Shown here: piece by piece, positions 39,962 to 49,791 of the stretch
How positions within the stretch are numbered: the stretch's first letter is position 1
Layout of the letters: the number at the start of each line of letters is the position of its first letter
Assembly (NCBI GenBank): GCA_963674755.2
Contig: CAXXVS010000002.1
Coordinates: 256,001-320,000 of the forward strand
Direction: 5' to 3'
DNA: 64,000 nt
DNA from: Desulfobacterales bacterium
GTDB lineage: Bacteria > Desulfobacterota > Desulfobacteria > Desulfobacterales > UBA5852
The notes under the pieces: generated by a model
What the model saw: only the letters and a program-made list of their open reading frames with translations
Database searches by the model: none
What the model was told of the DNA's origin: nothing
Position numbers and translations under genes: made by a program

Positions 39962-40143
39962 CCGTATAAGAACTTATTTGCACATTTTATCTAATATTGG
40001 ACCCACTCCAGGCATAGTGGGTGAACTATCATCACCTAACAAGCCTGTACTTGACCGGCAGATGGGCTATTCGGCCTGTAGAGATAAAACGAAGTGTTCC
40101 GAGTGTTCCTTTTCCACTGAAATCGATGAAAGGAGGTGATTCC

Positions 40144-40353
40144 ATGCTTCAGCCACATAAAGCCGTCCATGTTATGCGGCGGATCTGCATGATCTGTGGA
40201 ACCACCCTCAATCTCAGAGTGATGTCCAACGACGCCGGCTATTACATCGGCTTCTATTGCCTTCAGTGTGGCCCTTACAGCCGTGAGAGCTGCTATTATT
40301 CCTGCCGTGAGGAGGCCCTGAACGCCCTGAACACTGGCTCTTGGAGTTGCTGA
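40144..40353 (+). CDS. Small CxxC...CxxC zinc-finger protein, paralog 1
   Basis: AGGAGGT RBS; CMIC...SNDAGYYIGFYCLQCGPYSRES. Confidence 0.75.
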   Translation: MLQPHKAVHVMRRICMICGTTLNLRVMSNDAGYYIGFYCLQCGPYSRESCYYSCREEALNALNTGSWSC

Positions 40354-40508
40354 ATTTAATCGATTTGATTGACTGCATTCTGATTATCTTGATTTTTCGA
40401 ATAATTTTTGCTGTCTTTATTTTGGGATATGACATAGTGCGTTTGATAATACCGTGATTCCATGATGATCAGACATAAAATCTTATTGGTTTCTAAGGAG
40501 GAGCCTCC

Positions 40509-41642
40509 ATGAGTTTACCTCCAGATTCAACACTTGATGACGTAAAGGTTCGTATCGTACAGTCCATCAAAAATCCAAACGTTGGCAAAAGAGAACAAGT
40601 TGTCCTCAAAGAGGGGCCTCGTGCTTTCAGACTCGCTACTCTTTTTGAGATCATGAAACCAGAGACCGGTGAGCTACATCACTACACACTGAAAATCGAT
40701 AGTATCGATCGGAAAAAAGCGGGCTGGTTTTACAAACCAGAAAAATCTGTATCACTTGAAGGAAAGGAGACTAATGATGAAATTGAGCGGCTTTTCCTCT
40801 TTCTGCGTGCTCATTTAGAAGGGAAACTATCTGATGCAACTGGTGAACTTCATATCATCAGATCGGAAGAATACGAGAAACTTGAGAGACTAATCGATTT
40901 AATCCCAAACCTATCCTCGCCTGACATGGTTGAACTCGTCAAACTTATTCTTCCTCGCATCGAAGATGCAAGTTCATATTTACCAAAATTTATCGAAACA
41001 TTCGAAAACACTAATTCCGAAACCTTAGAACATGTTGCTGTCGCTGCGTGTTTTGTAAAACACAAGCAGGCATACGAAAATCTTAAACTGCTTGTAGAAT
41101 CTGAAAAATGTATTGAAAATGATTTCCAGAGTTTGCTCGCAGCCAATCCCTGGATGTTTGGAAGTGAATACAGCGAACTTCTTGATAGACGAGCCTGGAC
41201 CCGTGATGACAGTTTGGATTTCATGCTTCGACGCACAGCGGACAACTATTTAGAAATAGTTGAGATAAAAACGCCATTCAAAGAGCCATTGTTTATTTAT
41301 GATAAGTCACATGACTCCTACTATCCATCCTCCAAGTTATCGTCTGTACTTGGGCAGGTTATGCGATATATTGCTGAAATTGAGCGTGACCGTGATTCTA
41401 TATTAAGTAAGGACAAATGCGATACCCTTAAAATTAGAGCACGAATAATTATCGGCTCCGACGGTCCTGAAGGCCATCAAGAGGCACTGCGAAACTTTAA
41501 TTCACATCTGCATCGAATTGAAGTGATAACATTTAACCAGCTTATCAGAATTGCCGGTAGAGTACTTAGTGTATTTGAAGAAGGGGCTCTTAGCGAAGAT
41601 AGCTGTTCACCAAAATTCGAGGAGGACGACATACCTTTCTAA
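40509..41642 (+). CDS. sduA: Shedu anti-phage nuclease (DUF4263)
   Basis: E.DFQSLL..NPWMFG..Y, DFMLR, IVEIKTP, QVMRYI, IIIG, IEVITFNQL. Confidence 0.8.
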   Translation: MSLPPDSTLDDVKVRIVQSIKNPNVGKREQVVLKEGPRAFRLATLFEIMKPETGELHHYTLKIDSIDRKKAGWFYKPEKSVSLEGKETNDEIERLFLFLRAHLEGKLSDATGELHIIRSEEYEKLERLIDLIPNLSSPDMVELVKLILPRIEDASSYLPKFIETFENTNSETLEHVAVAACFVKHKQAYENLKLLVESEKCIENDFQSLLAANPWMFGSEYSELLDRRAWTRDDSLDFMLRRTADNYLEIVEIKTPFKEPLFIYDKSHDSYYPSSKLSSVLGQVMRYIAEIERDRDSILSKDKCDTLKIRARIIIGSDGPEGHQEALRNFNSHLHRIEVITFNQLIRIAGRVLSVFEEGALSEDSCSPKFEEDDIPF

Positions 41643-41754
41643 AAGTCTTTTTTGATTCATCATTAACCAAATTATAATAGTAATATCGATTTTTTTGGGC
41701 GTTCTGCCATCAAGGCAGTACGCTCTTTTTACTTATAGAAAGGAGGACACCGAC

Positions 41755-41895
41755 ATGGACCAATTATCAGAGGACGAGTTCCTGTTTATCTGGGAGCCAG
41801 TATTGGGACCAGACGAAGCTTGGTCCGAATACTGCGATTATTGCCTGTATTGTGGCATAGACGAAATAGATTTCGATGAAGATGAGGAGGACTGA
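41755..41895 (+). CDS. 46-aa highly acidic protein
   Basis: AGGAGG RBS; MDQLSEDEFLFIWEP..., no Lys/Arg. Confidence 0.6.
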   Translation: MDQLSEDEFLFIWEPVLGPDEAWSEYCDYCLYCGIDEIDFDEDEED

Positions 41896-41897
41896 CA

Positions 41898-42032
41898 ATG
41901 TGTGATTTTGATTCCGAGGATTTTCTGTTGGGTTATTTGATTGGTTCTGAACGCGAGGAGGAGATTCCTGATGAGCCGGAGCTGTATAATCCATTCTACG
42001 AGCCGGCCCCAGGTGAGGAAGAGGATGAATAA
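41898..42032 (+). CDS. 44-aa highly acidic protein
   Basis: MCDFDSEDFLLGYLIGSEREEEIPDEPELYNPFYEPAPGEEEDE; GAGG upstream. Confidence 0.55.
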   Translation: MCDFDSEDFLLGYLIGSEREEEIPDEPELYNPFYEPAPGEEEDE

Positions 42033-42114
42033 TTTTTTCCGCCGGCGAAGGATTTATTTTACCCTCAAAGAACAGATGCCCAGTTCTCCTACCGATTTTA
42101 TTTTTGTCAGTCCC

Positions 42115-42293
42115 GAACGTACCCACCAATCGCCTGTCATGATCCTTGCTTTGCTTCTTACATAATCGAAACTTGAATATCCGACAGAGCTTCGCTCCAT
42201 CCGATATTCCCGATTATGTAATCAGACGCAAGTATCCCGCCAGGCTCCCGCCGTACTCAGTCATCACCGCTTTGCCATTGATGGCCTAACCGC
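42115..42293. repeat. Long rod-hairpin non-coding repeat, copy B
   Basis: Nested IRs gcctg/caggc, ttacataatcg/cgattatgtaa, gaatatc/gatattc, gagc-ttc-gctc apex. Confidence 0.75.
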
Positions 42294-42494
42294 AACAGCA
42301 AATAGCATAGCAACGCCCTTCCATCGTTGTCATCGATTTCTAATTCCGACCAAGTGTGTGTTTGTGGGTACCAGTATGGTGAATATGAGGCATTCCGTCT
42401 CTGATTTTTTATAGGGGGGGGGCATACCCCCATCTATTCCCAAAGGCCTCGGCTAACAGCCGGGGCCATTTTTGTATGGAAAGGAGGTGACAAC

Positions 42495-42707
42495 ATGGCC
42501 CTGCCCACAGAGGACATCATCAACGATGCCCGCAGGGAATGTATGAGCTGCGGCACAGCCCTCAACATCAAAGTGCTTTCCAATGACGCTGGCTCATACA
42601 TCGGCTTCGTATGCCCGCAGTGTGGCCCTTATAGCCGTGAAAGTCGATATTACCCCAGTCGAAAGGATGCCCAGACAGCCTTGAATCTGGGGCATTGGAA
42701 TTGCTGA
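42495..42707 (+). CDS. Small zinc-finger protein, paralog 2
   Basis: CMSC...SNDAGSYIGFVCPQCGPYSRES. Confidence 0.75.
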   Translation: MALPTEDIINDARRECMSCGTALNIKVLSNDAGSYIGFVCPQCGPYSRESRYYPSRKDAQTALNLGHWNC

Positions 42708-42795
42708 CTATTCACCTGTTCGCATCATCAACGAGAAAGCCTGGCTCTGTCGGTCGGGCTTTCGTGTTTCTGGACTCAAAGAAAGGAGAATCATC

Positions 42796-43596
42796 ATGAC
42801 ACCGAAAGTGCGAGAAACCCTGGACAAGATCATTGACCGCTTCAAGAGCGGGGATATCCCTGAAGCAGTTGCCTACACGATGTTCCCTATCCCAGACCTG
42901 CCATCAACACGATGGAGCCTGTTGAACCGGACCTTGATGTTTCTGTCGGGCACGATGGATGCCAGAGGTATCCGGCAATGGAATCAAGCAAACCGTTACG
43001 TGAAGAAGGGAACGAAGGCGATCTATATCCTGGTTCCTTACTTTCGCAAAGTTGACGATGACGGCACAGAACAGCAGGTCATATCGGGATTCGGTGCGAA
43101 ACCGGTATTCCGTGTGGAGGACACCAAGGGTGAACCCTTGGATTATCAGAGCATGGAGCTACCGGACCTACCGTTGATCGAACGGGCAGAGGAATGGGGC
43201 ATTTCTGTGAAAGCGGCCCCAGGCAATTACCGCTATTACGGCTATTATTCATGGGATCGTAAGGAAATCGCCATCGCTACCAGTCAGGAATGTGTCTTTT
43301 TTCACGAGTTGGCTCATTCAGCTCATCACATTATCAAGGGTAATCTCAAGCCCGGCCAAGATCCGTTTCAGGAAATCGTAGCCGAGCTTTCAGCCCAGGC
43401 CCTTGCCCTAATGGTAGGGAAATCCGCAGAGGACACCACCGGCAACGGCTACCGCTATATTGGACGCTACGCCGAGAAGGCCGGCATGGGTGTTCACGCC
43501 GCCTGTCTCAAGGTGATGGGTGATACCGAGAAGGTACTGAACCTAATTCTCAATGGTGACACAAGAGGGAAAGAAGATGCCCAGAAGGCCGCGTGA
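42796..43596 (+). CDS. ArdC-like ssDNA-binding antirestriction protein with HExxH metallopeptidase domain
   Basis: WSLLN..L...RGIRQWN..NRYVKKG.KAI.IL.P...VF.VEDT.G; FFHELAH; EIVAELSA. Confidence 0.75.
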   Translation: MTPKVRETLDKIIDRFKSGDIPEAVAYTMFPIPDLPSTRWSLLNRTLMFLSGTMDARGIRQWNQANRYVKKGTKAIYILVPYFRKVDDDGTEQQVISGFGAKPVFRVEDTKGEPLDYQSMELPDLPLIERAEEWGISVKAAPGNYRYYGYYSWDRKEIAIATSQECVFFHELAHSAHHIIKGNLKPGQDPFQEIVAELSAQALALMVGKSAEDTTGNGYRYIGRYAEKAGMGVHAACLKVMGDTEKVLNLILNGDTRGKEDAQKAA

Positions 43597-43723
43597 GGCT
43601 TTCTGATTGGACGCTATTTGGGACTTCCTTGTCGAGGAATAGCAGTTATTGGATTGAATGTTGGGGCTCCCTACCGGCTTCTTATGGGCCGAGGGAGCCT
43701 TTTTTATTTGAAAGGAGAAGTAA

Positions 43724-43894
43724 ATGAAAATCGTATGTGGGTGGTGTGGTGCCGGTATGGGAGAGAAAGAATGTTCTGGTCCCGACAACGGTCTGGTCAG
43801 TCATAGCATCTGCGAACGGTGCCGTAAGGATGCCATGGCCGAGTTGGAAGGTAAAGGTGCCGACCGAGAAAAAAACGGGATCTGCTTTGCCTGA
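43724..43894 (+). CDS. 56-aa zinc-finger protein (CxWC...SHSICxxC)
   Basis: AAGGAG RBS; MKIVCGWCG...SHSICERC. Confidence 0.65.
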   Translation: MKIVCGWCGAGMGEKECSGPDNGLVSHSICERCRKDAMAELEGKGADREKNGICFA

Positions 43895-43979
43895 AAACGA
43901 CTGAATAGAGCCTGTATCAAACAATAACAAGCCCTGCTGGATTCAATCCGGCGGGGCTTTTGTGTTTCTGGAGGATGCT

Positions 43980-44171
43980 ATGACCAAGGAAGCAGAAGCG
44001 AAATACGAGGAATCCGAGAGTTTGCGGAAATTATTGGATAAGAATCTTACTGGCCGGAAATTTCGTTTGGACTGCGGCCACCATGTGACCTTCGGCCACA
44101 ATCTGGGAAACGACATCACGATATACAACGGTAAACGGTTCGAAATCATTTGTTCGCTCTGCGGACACTAA
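43980..44171 (+). CDS. Small Cys/His protein (CGHH...CxxC)
   Basis: GGAGG RBS; LDCGHHVT...IICSLCGH. Confidence 0.65.
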   Translation: MTKEAEAKYEESESLRKLLDKNLTGRKFRLDCGHHVTFGHNLGNDITIYNGKRFEIICSLCGH

Positions 44172-44242
44172 AACTCAAATGGACACCATAGGCTATTCAA
44201 TCCTAATAGGCTACGGTGTCCAAGTTACCAAGGAGGCTGACT

Positions 44243-44434
44243 ATGTGTGACGATTTCATGGATGACTTTGACGATCCTTGCAAGGATAGCGGCTGGGATG
44301 GCCTGGAATGGCAGGACTGGATGATTGTCGGGCCTTTATCAGAGGACAAAGTCAGAGAAAAGCGAGAGCGAGATAGGGTTGAACGCGAGATGATTGGCGA
44401 TGACGATTACTGGGGCCTCATTAACAAGCCATGA
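44243..44434 (+). CDS. Small acidic hypothetical protein
   Basis: AGGAGG RBS; MCDDFMDDFDD... Confidence 0.6.
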   Translation: MCDDFMDDFDDPCKDSGWDGLEWQDWMIVGPLSEDKVREKRERDRVEREMIGDDDYWGLINKP

Positions 44435-44532
44435 TATCCTTCGCCCTGACCGTCCGCATCGACCAAAAAAGAACCCCGCTACCAAATGGTAACGGGGCCT
44501 TCCCTCCTAAAGCGAAGCCTCAATGCCTGCTA

Positions 44533-45258
44533 CTATTTCTTTAACAGCTTTTTGCGGCCCATTCCGGCTAAACCGACAAGCCCTAAACCCATAAGGACGA
44601 TTGTGGAAGGTTCGGGGACTGGAGTAGAATCATACATTTGAAATGCTAAATCATGCATAAACGTCCCAGTCCAATTTACTGGTGTACCAACATTGCTTTG
44701 TCTACTATAGTGAGTGTCATCAAAACCATCATCAATACTTCTAAGCCAAACCCAATGATCTGTTAGGTCGTTTGGCGTGGCTGAGTTATTTACGATCGAT
44801 AATAAATATAATGTATTTGAATTTAGAACCACTGGGTCCAATACTGAAAAGTATTCAAAATTGGTAGAATTTTGAGTAACTGCCTGCCTGCTTACTGACT
44901 GGGGTTGATAACTGTAAAATGGGTTTGTATCCGGGATTCCATTATTAAGGTCAAAAATATTAATAGTGAAGTCATTTTCCTTATACAGATCACCACCAAC
45001 ATTAAATCCCCACCATCTGATGCTCGCAAGTGTGGAGTTGCTTGACAACTCGAACGTGTCTCCAGCTTGTACATACCAAGTATAGCCGTCTTTCGTGTAG
45101 GCGTCATAGTCGCTAGACATACCACTATTTTCAAGTTCCGCACCATTATCAAAAATAATTGTAGAAAATGCGACTCCTGTATTGCATAAAATGAAAGTTA
45201 AAGAAGCTACTAGAGAAAATAAGCAAACGTTTAGCCATTTCTTTTTTCCATATTCCAT
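44533..45258 (-). CDS. PEP-CTERM surface protein
   Basis: Signal peptide; C-terminal VPEPSTIVLMGLGLVGLAGMGRKK. Confidence 0.9.
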   Translation of the reverse strand: MEYGKKKWLNVCLFSLVASLTFILCNTGVAFSTIIFDNGAELENSGMSSDYDAYTKDGYTWYVQAGDTFELSSNSTLASIRWWGFNVGGDLYKENDFTINIFDLNNGIPDTNPFYSYQPQSVSRQAVTQNSTNFEYFSVLDPVVLNSNTLYLLSIVNNSATPNDLTDHWVWLRSIDDGFDDTHYSRQSNVGTPVNWTGTFMHDLAFQMYDSTPVPEPSTIVLMGLGLVGLAGMGRKKLLKK

Positions 45259-45444
45259 CTAAGTCCTCCTTTCTATGATAATATATAACGTATCACTAGT
45301 GTCTGGCTAAAATGTTTTTAAAATTGCCAAAAGTTGCTGTAATTAAACATAAAAGCATCACTTTCTAGTGGGCAACCTCTTGATTTCGAAACGATAGCCC
45401 CATAAATTACTTCGCAGAGCGAAATTGTGAGGGGAGGATATCCA

Positions 45445-45540
45445 AGGCAACTCGGCTTTCTCCCATAGGTCCGTGGCTATCGCACCTGAGATGCTCGTGG
45501 TTTTCCGTCCCCTCCTCACAGCAGGTTTGGCTTCTTCTTG
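45445..45540 (-). promoter_or_regulatory. GEMM-I riboswitch-like element (G20, c-di-GMP type), atypical P3
   Basis: Minus strand aaGccaaacctgct-gtga-ggaggggacggaaaaccacg...agccgagttgcc upstream of the PEP-CTERM gene. Confidence 0.65.
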
Positions 45541-45567
45541 CTCAAGAAATATTGTATGGAAACAGCT

Positions 45568-47604
45568 TTACTGCTTGATTCTTTTCCGGCCATAACCTGC
45601 CAAACCCACAAGACCTAAACCCATGAGAAGGATGGTAGAAGGTTCTGGAACTGGGGCTGTGCTGTTATTGCCCAGGTATTCAAAATTTCCCGCATAGAAA
45701 CTCGCATTCGCATCGCCTACACTGTTCAGAGTTAAGAAGAATCCATTTGCCATACCAGCATAATCTGAGATGTCTATTAATGCAGTAAGCAGGGTACCTT
45801 CAAGGAAATCGCTAATTACCATTGACCATAGCAGGTCGCTGCCAAAGTGAGCTGTTATCCAGTCGCCATCTCCCCCATTTTCAACCATCCAATCAAATGC
45901 AAGCCATTCGGCTTCGAGAGGTGTTTCTAAAAAGAATTTAAGCGAAACTGGTGATGCCTCCTCAAGCAAAAAACCATTAAATGTGTATGTATCATAGCCT
46001 GGCAAGCTTGCCACCTCAATTGCCGTGCCTATAGCATTCTCATATTCAGCACTTACAGGAACTGCCCATTGACTTCCACCGGCATTTGAAAAATCATCTC
46101 CAGGTCGATCATCGTAGGTGGTGAGAAGAGGAGTAATCCAATCATCAAATTCGTGATTGTAAGGCCAAATATCCAAGCCTATCGGATTCGTATCAGCATC
46201 GTCGCCATGTAGAATTAGATCGGGATAGAATTTTTTTGCTACATTTGTATGCCAATAGTCAACAGCTTGATCTAATCCAGAACCATCTAATGGCTCACCA
46301 TAGGCTTCAACAACATCTGGTGTTAAAATACTATTCAGGCCATAATAGTTGTCTAAATAGTCTACGTTGTTCGAAAGGTTGTTTATAAACCAGTCAGAGT
46401 CTAGACCTGGTGCGAAATTTACTCCAAGTACAATTGGGGCGTCAGTTGGGGCATCAAGGGTAGTGAATTGAACAGTGCCGTAATTTTCCATAAAACCTAT
46501 ATCTTCTAAATATCTTGTCGCCAAACCATTCACTACGGTTCCATAACTATGCCCAATAAAATGAAGATCTTGTTCATAGTCATCTCCCAAAATAGTACTT
46601 AAAGCATTGCCTAGTAGAACCCCAGCAGAATCTGCATTGTTTCGAGCTTGCCGTGATCCTACAATCAATAACTCGTCATCGACGGGGATACTACCAGTGC
46701 TCATTCCGCCAGTGTAGGCTCCTTCCCACTCAAAAGCGATGATGTTTGCTTTTAATGAGGCATTTTCAGCAAAAAGCCGATCTCCAATGGCAAGGATAAT
46801 GTTCTCTTGGCTAACCGGCATATCTTGGTTTTCAAATCCATCCCAAGTAAGAGCATCTAAATAATCTTTATCATTTTGCCATCCATGAGTAACAATATAG
46901 GTCGGTGCATTTGGGTCAAATTTATCCTGTTCGCGTTCACCGGTTGTGTTATCGACAAAATAGGTGGTTGTTCGAGAAGAAAGTCCCGGGTTAGTTAATT
47001 GATCTCCAACTAGAAACGGCATATCAGCCTCTACACCTGGCGTTGCAGAGCCAAAAGTTATATTATCGAAGCCAATTTGATTTACGGTTCCGCCAAAATC
47101 TATTGATCTAGCCGTACCGGAAATCGGGACACCTACATTAATAAAAGGACTGAAGGCTCCATTTGGATCGCCACCATCTGACGGGGTAACCGGCAAGGAA
47201 ATATTGCTAAGGACATTACCAGTTGCATTGAGACCGTCATAAACAACTATTGATCCGGGAGTATTAACCGCACTATACGAAAAAGAAAAACCCGTATTAA
47301 ATCCAGCTGGTGAATTAAGGACTGCTGATCCCTCCAAAAAATACATAACGGTGTCTGGACTCGGCTCACCACCAAAATTGCCTGTTCCCCCAGCATCGGC
47401 ATCGATGATAGCTAAAGCGTTGGATCCAAAACTTATGTCATAATCAGTGCCTGGCCCGCTTCCAAAACTACCTGTACCACCGTTATAATATTCTAAAATT
47501 TGTTCTTGATCTTGAAGACCTTCAAAATCCAAAACAGTAGCCGATTGAACAGTTCCAAACCATAAAAATACAGCAAGTAAAGGCATTAAATATTTCATTC
47601 CCAT
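45568..47604 (-). CDS. PEP-CTERM protein with alpha/beta-hydrolase (lipase-like) domain
   Basis: Signal peptide, IVTHGW, HFIGHSYG nucleophile elbow, TTLDAP, C-terminal VPEPST...RKR. Confidence 0.85.
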   Translation of the reverse strand: MGMKYLMPLLAVFLWFGTVQSATVLDFEGLQDQEQILEYYNGGTGSFGSGPGTDYDISFGSNALAIIDADAGGTGNFGGEPSPDTVMYFLEGSAVLNSPAGFNTGFSFSYSAVNTPGSIVVYDGLNATGNVLSNISLPVTPSDGGDPNGAFSPFINVGVPISGTARSIDFGGTVNQIGFDNITFGSATPGVEADMPFLVGDQLTNPGLSSRTTTYFVDNTTGEREQDKFDPNAPTYIVTHGWQNDKDYLDALTWDGFENQDMPVSQENIILAIGDRLFAENASLKANIIAFEWEGAYTGGMSTGSIPVDDELLIVGSRQARNNADSAGVLLGNALSTILGDDYEQDLHFIGHSYGTVVNGLATRYLEDIGFMENYGTVQFTTLDAPTDAPIVLGVNFAPGLDSDWFINNLSNNVDYLDNYYGLNSILTPDVVEAYGEPLDGSGLDQAVDYWHTNVAKKFYPDLILHGDDADTNPIGLDIWPYNHEFDDWITPLLTTYDDRPGDDFSNAGGSQWAVPVSAEYENAIGTAIEVASLPGYDTYTFNGFLLEEASPVSLKFFLETPLEAEWLAFDWMVENGGDGDWITAHFGSDLLWSMVISDFLEGTLLTALIDISDYAGMANGFFLTLNSVGDANASFYAGNFEYLGNNSTAPVPEPSTILLMGLGLVGLAGYGRKRIKQ

Positions 47605-48157
47605 AATTCTCCTTTCAATATGAATTCGATAAAAATCCAAATATCAAGAACAAGACGCATAAGAATAGCCGCTTGGACATTAGACCTCCTACTGGTGGGG
47701 TAATTGGGATTTGTAGCTTGTGAATGCCGACAACAAGCATTCATGAAATGCCATCAGTTTTGAATTTTCGCCGGCAGAGAGCCATTGCGGCCCAAGGTAG
47801 GATTCTCTGGTGTACTCTGCAAAAAATGAGCCGTATTTAGTAAGTGTTATCGTTTTCAGAATTCGGAAATTATCATGGCAGGATAATCACCATCTAAATA
47901 TTTTTGCCATGCCTAATTATGAATTCAGTTTCACAATCATTCTTGCCCTGATGGGTACTTGGTTACCCATTATGGTCCAAGTTTCCGTGTTATCCTACGG
48001 ACCTATCGCCCACACCGTCCCCATCGTCTAACCTTATAAAATTTTGAGTTCTGTTTGAGCTGGCCTCAGAGGAAGCCAGGCCCCCACCTGAATTAGCTAA
48101 CCTCCTTACCAGTAAGGGATCACCTGTCCCAGAAATCAAATTCCAGGGAGGTTAGAA

Positions 48158-48436
48158 ATGAAGCATCCTACTTACAGCATTGGTGATGTCGCCAATATGA
48201 CCGGCGTCACCCGAAAACAAATCCGTAATTGGGAATCCAGGGGCTACATTCCCGAAGCGGATCGCGTCGTATCAGGCAGTCGTGCCTACCGCAGGTTTTC
48301 CCTGCATCAGATTGAATTGATTGCCGGTATCAAGGCCCTTCTTGATAAGGGTTATACTTTGCCCGCCGCCGCCAAAACCGCCTCAACCTGCAACCTTCAG
48401 CCAAGAAAGGAATCCATGCCAGGCGGTATTGATTAG
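48158..48436 (+). CDS. MerR-family HTH regulator
   Basis: YSIGDVA.MTGVT.KQIRNWESRG.I...YRRFS. Confidence 0.85.
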   Translation: MKHPTYSIGDVANMTGVTRKQIRNWESRGYIPEADRVVSGSRAYRRFSLHQIELIAGIKALLDKGYTLPAAAKTASTCNLQPRKESMPGGID

Positions 48437-49056
48437 TGGTCTTCGAAAATGAAGTGCTGGTGGAATCATACCGGCTGATTTACCGATTCATCTATCAAGG
48501 CGGCAAAATCTGGATGAACGGAGCTATTCAGAAGCGGGTGAAGTGGCTGTATCACAAATATGGAATGACCCGTAAAGAGGTCATTGAATACATCAAATGG
48601 AAATACAAGGGACAGCAGAAGCACCGGAAGTTCAACCCCGAGAAATCGTGCCTGGAAACCTACGTCCTGAATTTCACCTATTTCACCTTGTTGTCCCTGG
48701 TCCGTCAGTGCAAAAAACACGATATCGGCAACGAAAAGGAAATCTTATTCTCGGATTTGGTCGATCACGAACCGATAAAAAAGACTGGTGCTTCCCTTGA
48801 TCCTTATGAAAGGCAGGCTATTGAAGGGCTTATTGACCAGGAAAATCCCGAGGACGTCCTGATCGGAAGTGAGCTGATGGAGTTGGCCAGGAGCCACATC
48901 GGCAAGGACGACCTGGCCGTGATCATCGGATTACGGGATAAAAGTGCTGAGGCAAGGAGGCTTGGCCTAAATTACGACACCTACCGGAAACGGCTGCAAC
49001 GTAAACTGAGCCGGTTCAGATCCCTTCTCAATGATGCCGGCTACGACATCGATTAA
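48436..49056 (+). CDS. Hypothetical protein with C-terminal HTH (sigma-like)
   Basis: FNPEKS.LETYV; C-terminal AEARRLGLNYDTYRKRLQR. Confidence 0.6.
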   Translation: MVFENEVLVESYRLIYRFIYQGGKIWMNGAIQKRVKWLYHKYGMTRKEVIEYIKWKYKGQQKHRKFNPEKSCLETYVLNFTYFTLLSLVRQCKKHDIGNEKEILFSDLVDHEPIKKTGASLDPYERQAIEGLIDQENPEDVLIGSELMELARSHIGKDDLAVIIGLRDKSAEARRLGLNYDTYRKRLQRKLSRFRSLLNDAGYDID

Positions 49057-49614
49057 ACCTCCAAGCACGAAGGGCTCACCACGTGGCGAGCCCTTCCTCC
49101 CCTTGTACCTGATCCTAACCCATAGCTTCAGCAAGCATCCATCAAAAATGCCTGTTTCGTCCACCGCCGGTCCAGTGCATTATTCCTGCTAAAGCATCCC
49201 TCGGACTTCCGAAAGCCGGGCAGTCACCATCCATATTTCTGTTACAGCATGAACTCTCTCAAGATAATTGGCCCTGACGAAGGGCACACCTGCTTTGTGG
49301 AATAGACCTTACAGTCTACTACGCCGGCCTATCGGCCGGTTCCGACGCCTTGGCTCTGTCGGGAGTGATTTCCTGCCAAGGCGACGGAAAACTTGCTTTT
49401 TTAGAGAATTAACGGAATCCTGTGCACCGCCCCACTATCGAACCGTTCTTTAGGATGAACCATACAGAACAATTCTCAAGTGTACCGGTTTTCTATACCC
49501 TCTATTAGTATATATCGTCTCCGAAAACCGGTTTTGGGACAAACTTTTTGAAAAAAAGTGAAAAAAATGCAATTTTTTATGAAAAATTCTTTGAATTAGC
49601 CCGAAAGGAATCCC

Positions 49615-49791
49615 ATGAACGACGATTCGCCCCCTCTCACCTGCTCCGACGATACCCAACAGATCACGGTCCAACTGCCATGCCGATTGGTCCAAAGAAT
49701 TGAGCGATACGCTAAAAACCACAATAATTCGGTCGCCGGCGTAGTGATCGAAGCACTGGATACATACCTACGGGGGGGCAAGGCAGATTGA
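49615..49791 (+). CDS. Ribbon-helix-helix-like small regulator (58 aa)
   Basis: QITVQLPCRLVQRIERYA...SVAGVVIEALDTYL; AAGGA RBS. Confidence 0.65.
   Translation: MNDDSPPLTCSDDTQQITVQLPCRLVQRIERYAKNHNNSVAGVVIEALDTYLRGGKAD

Noticed and set aside
38034..42293. Retron msr-msd or integron attC interpretation of the long hairpins
   Set aside because: No reverse transcriptase or IntI in the window; no clear RYYYAAC/GTTRRRY ends
49130..49500. Possible oriT or structured non-coding region
   Set aside because: Some stems are visible (gcctgtttcgtc/gacgaagggc), but no recognisable nic motif or second copy
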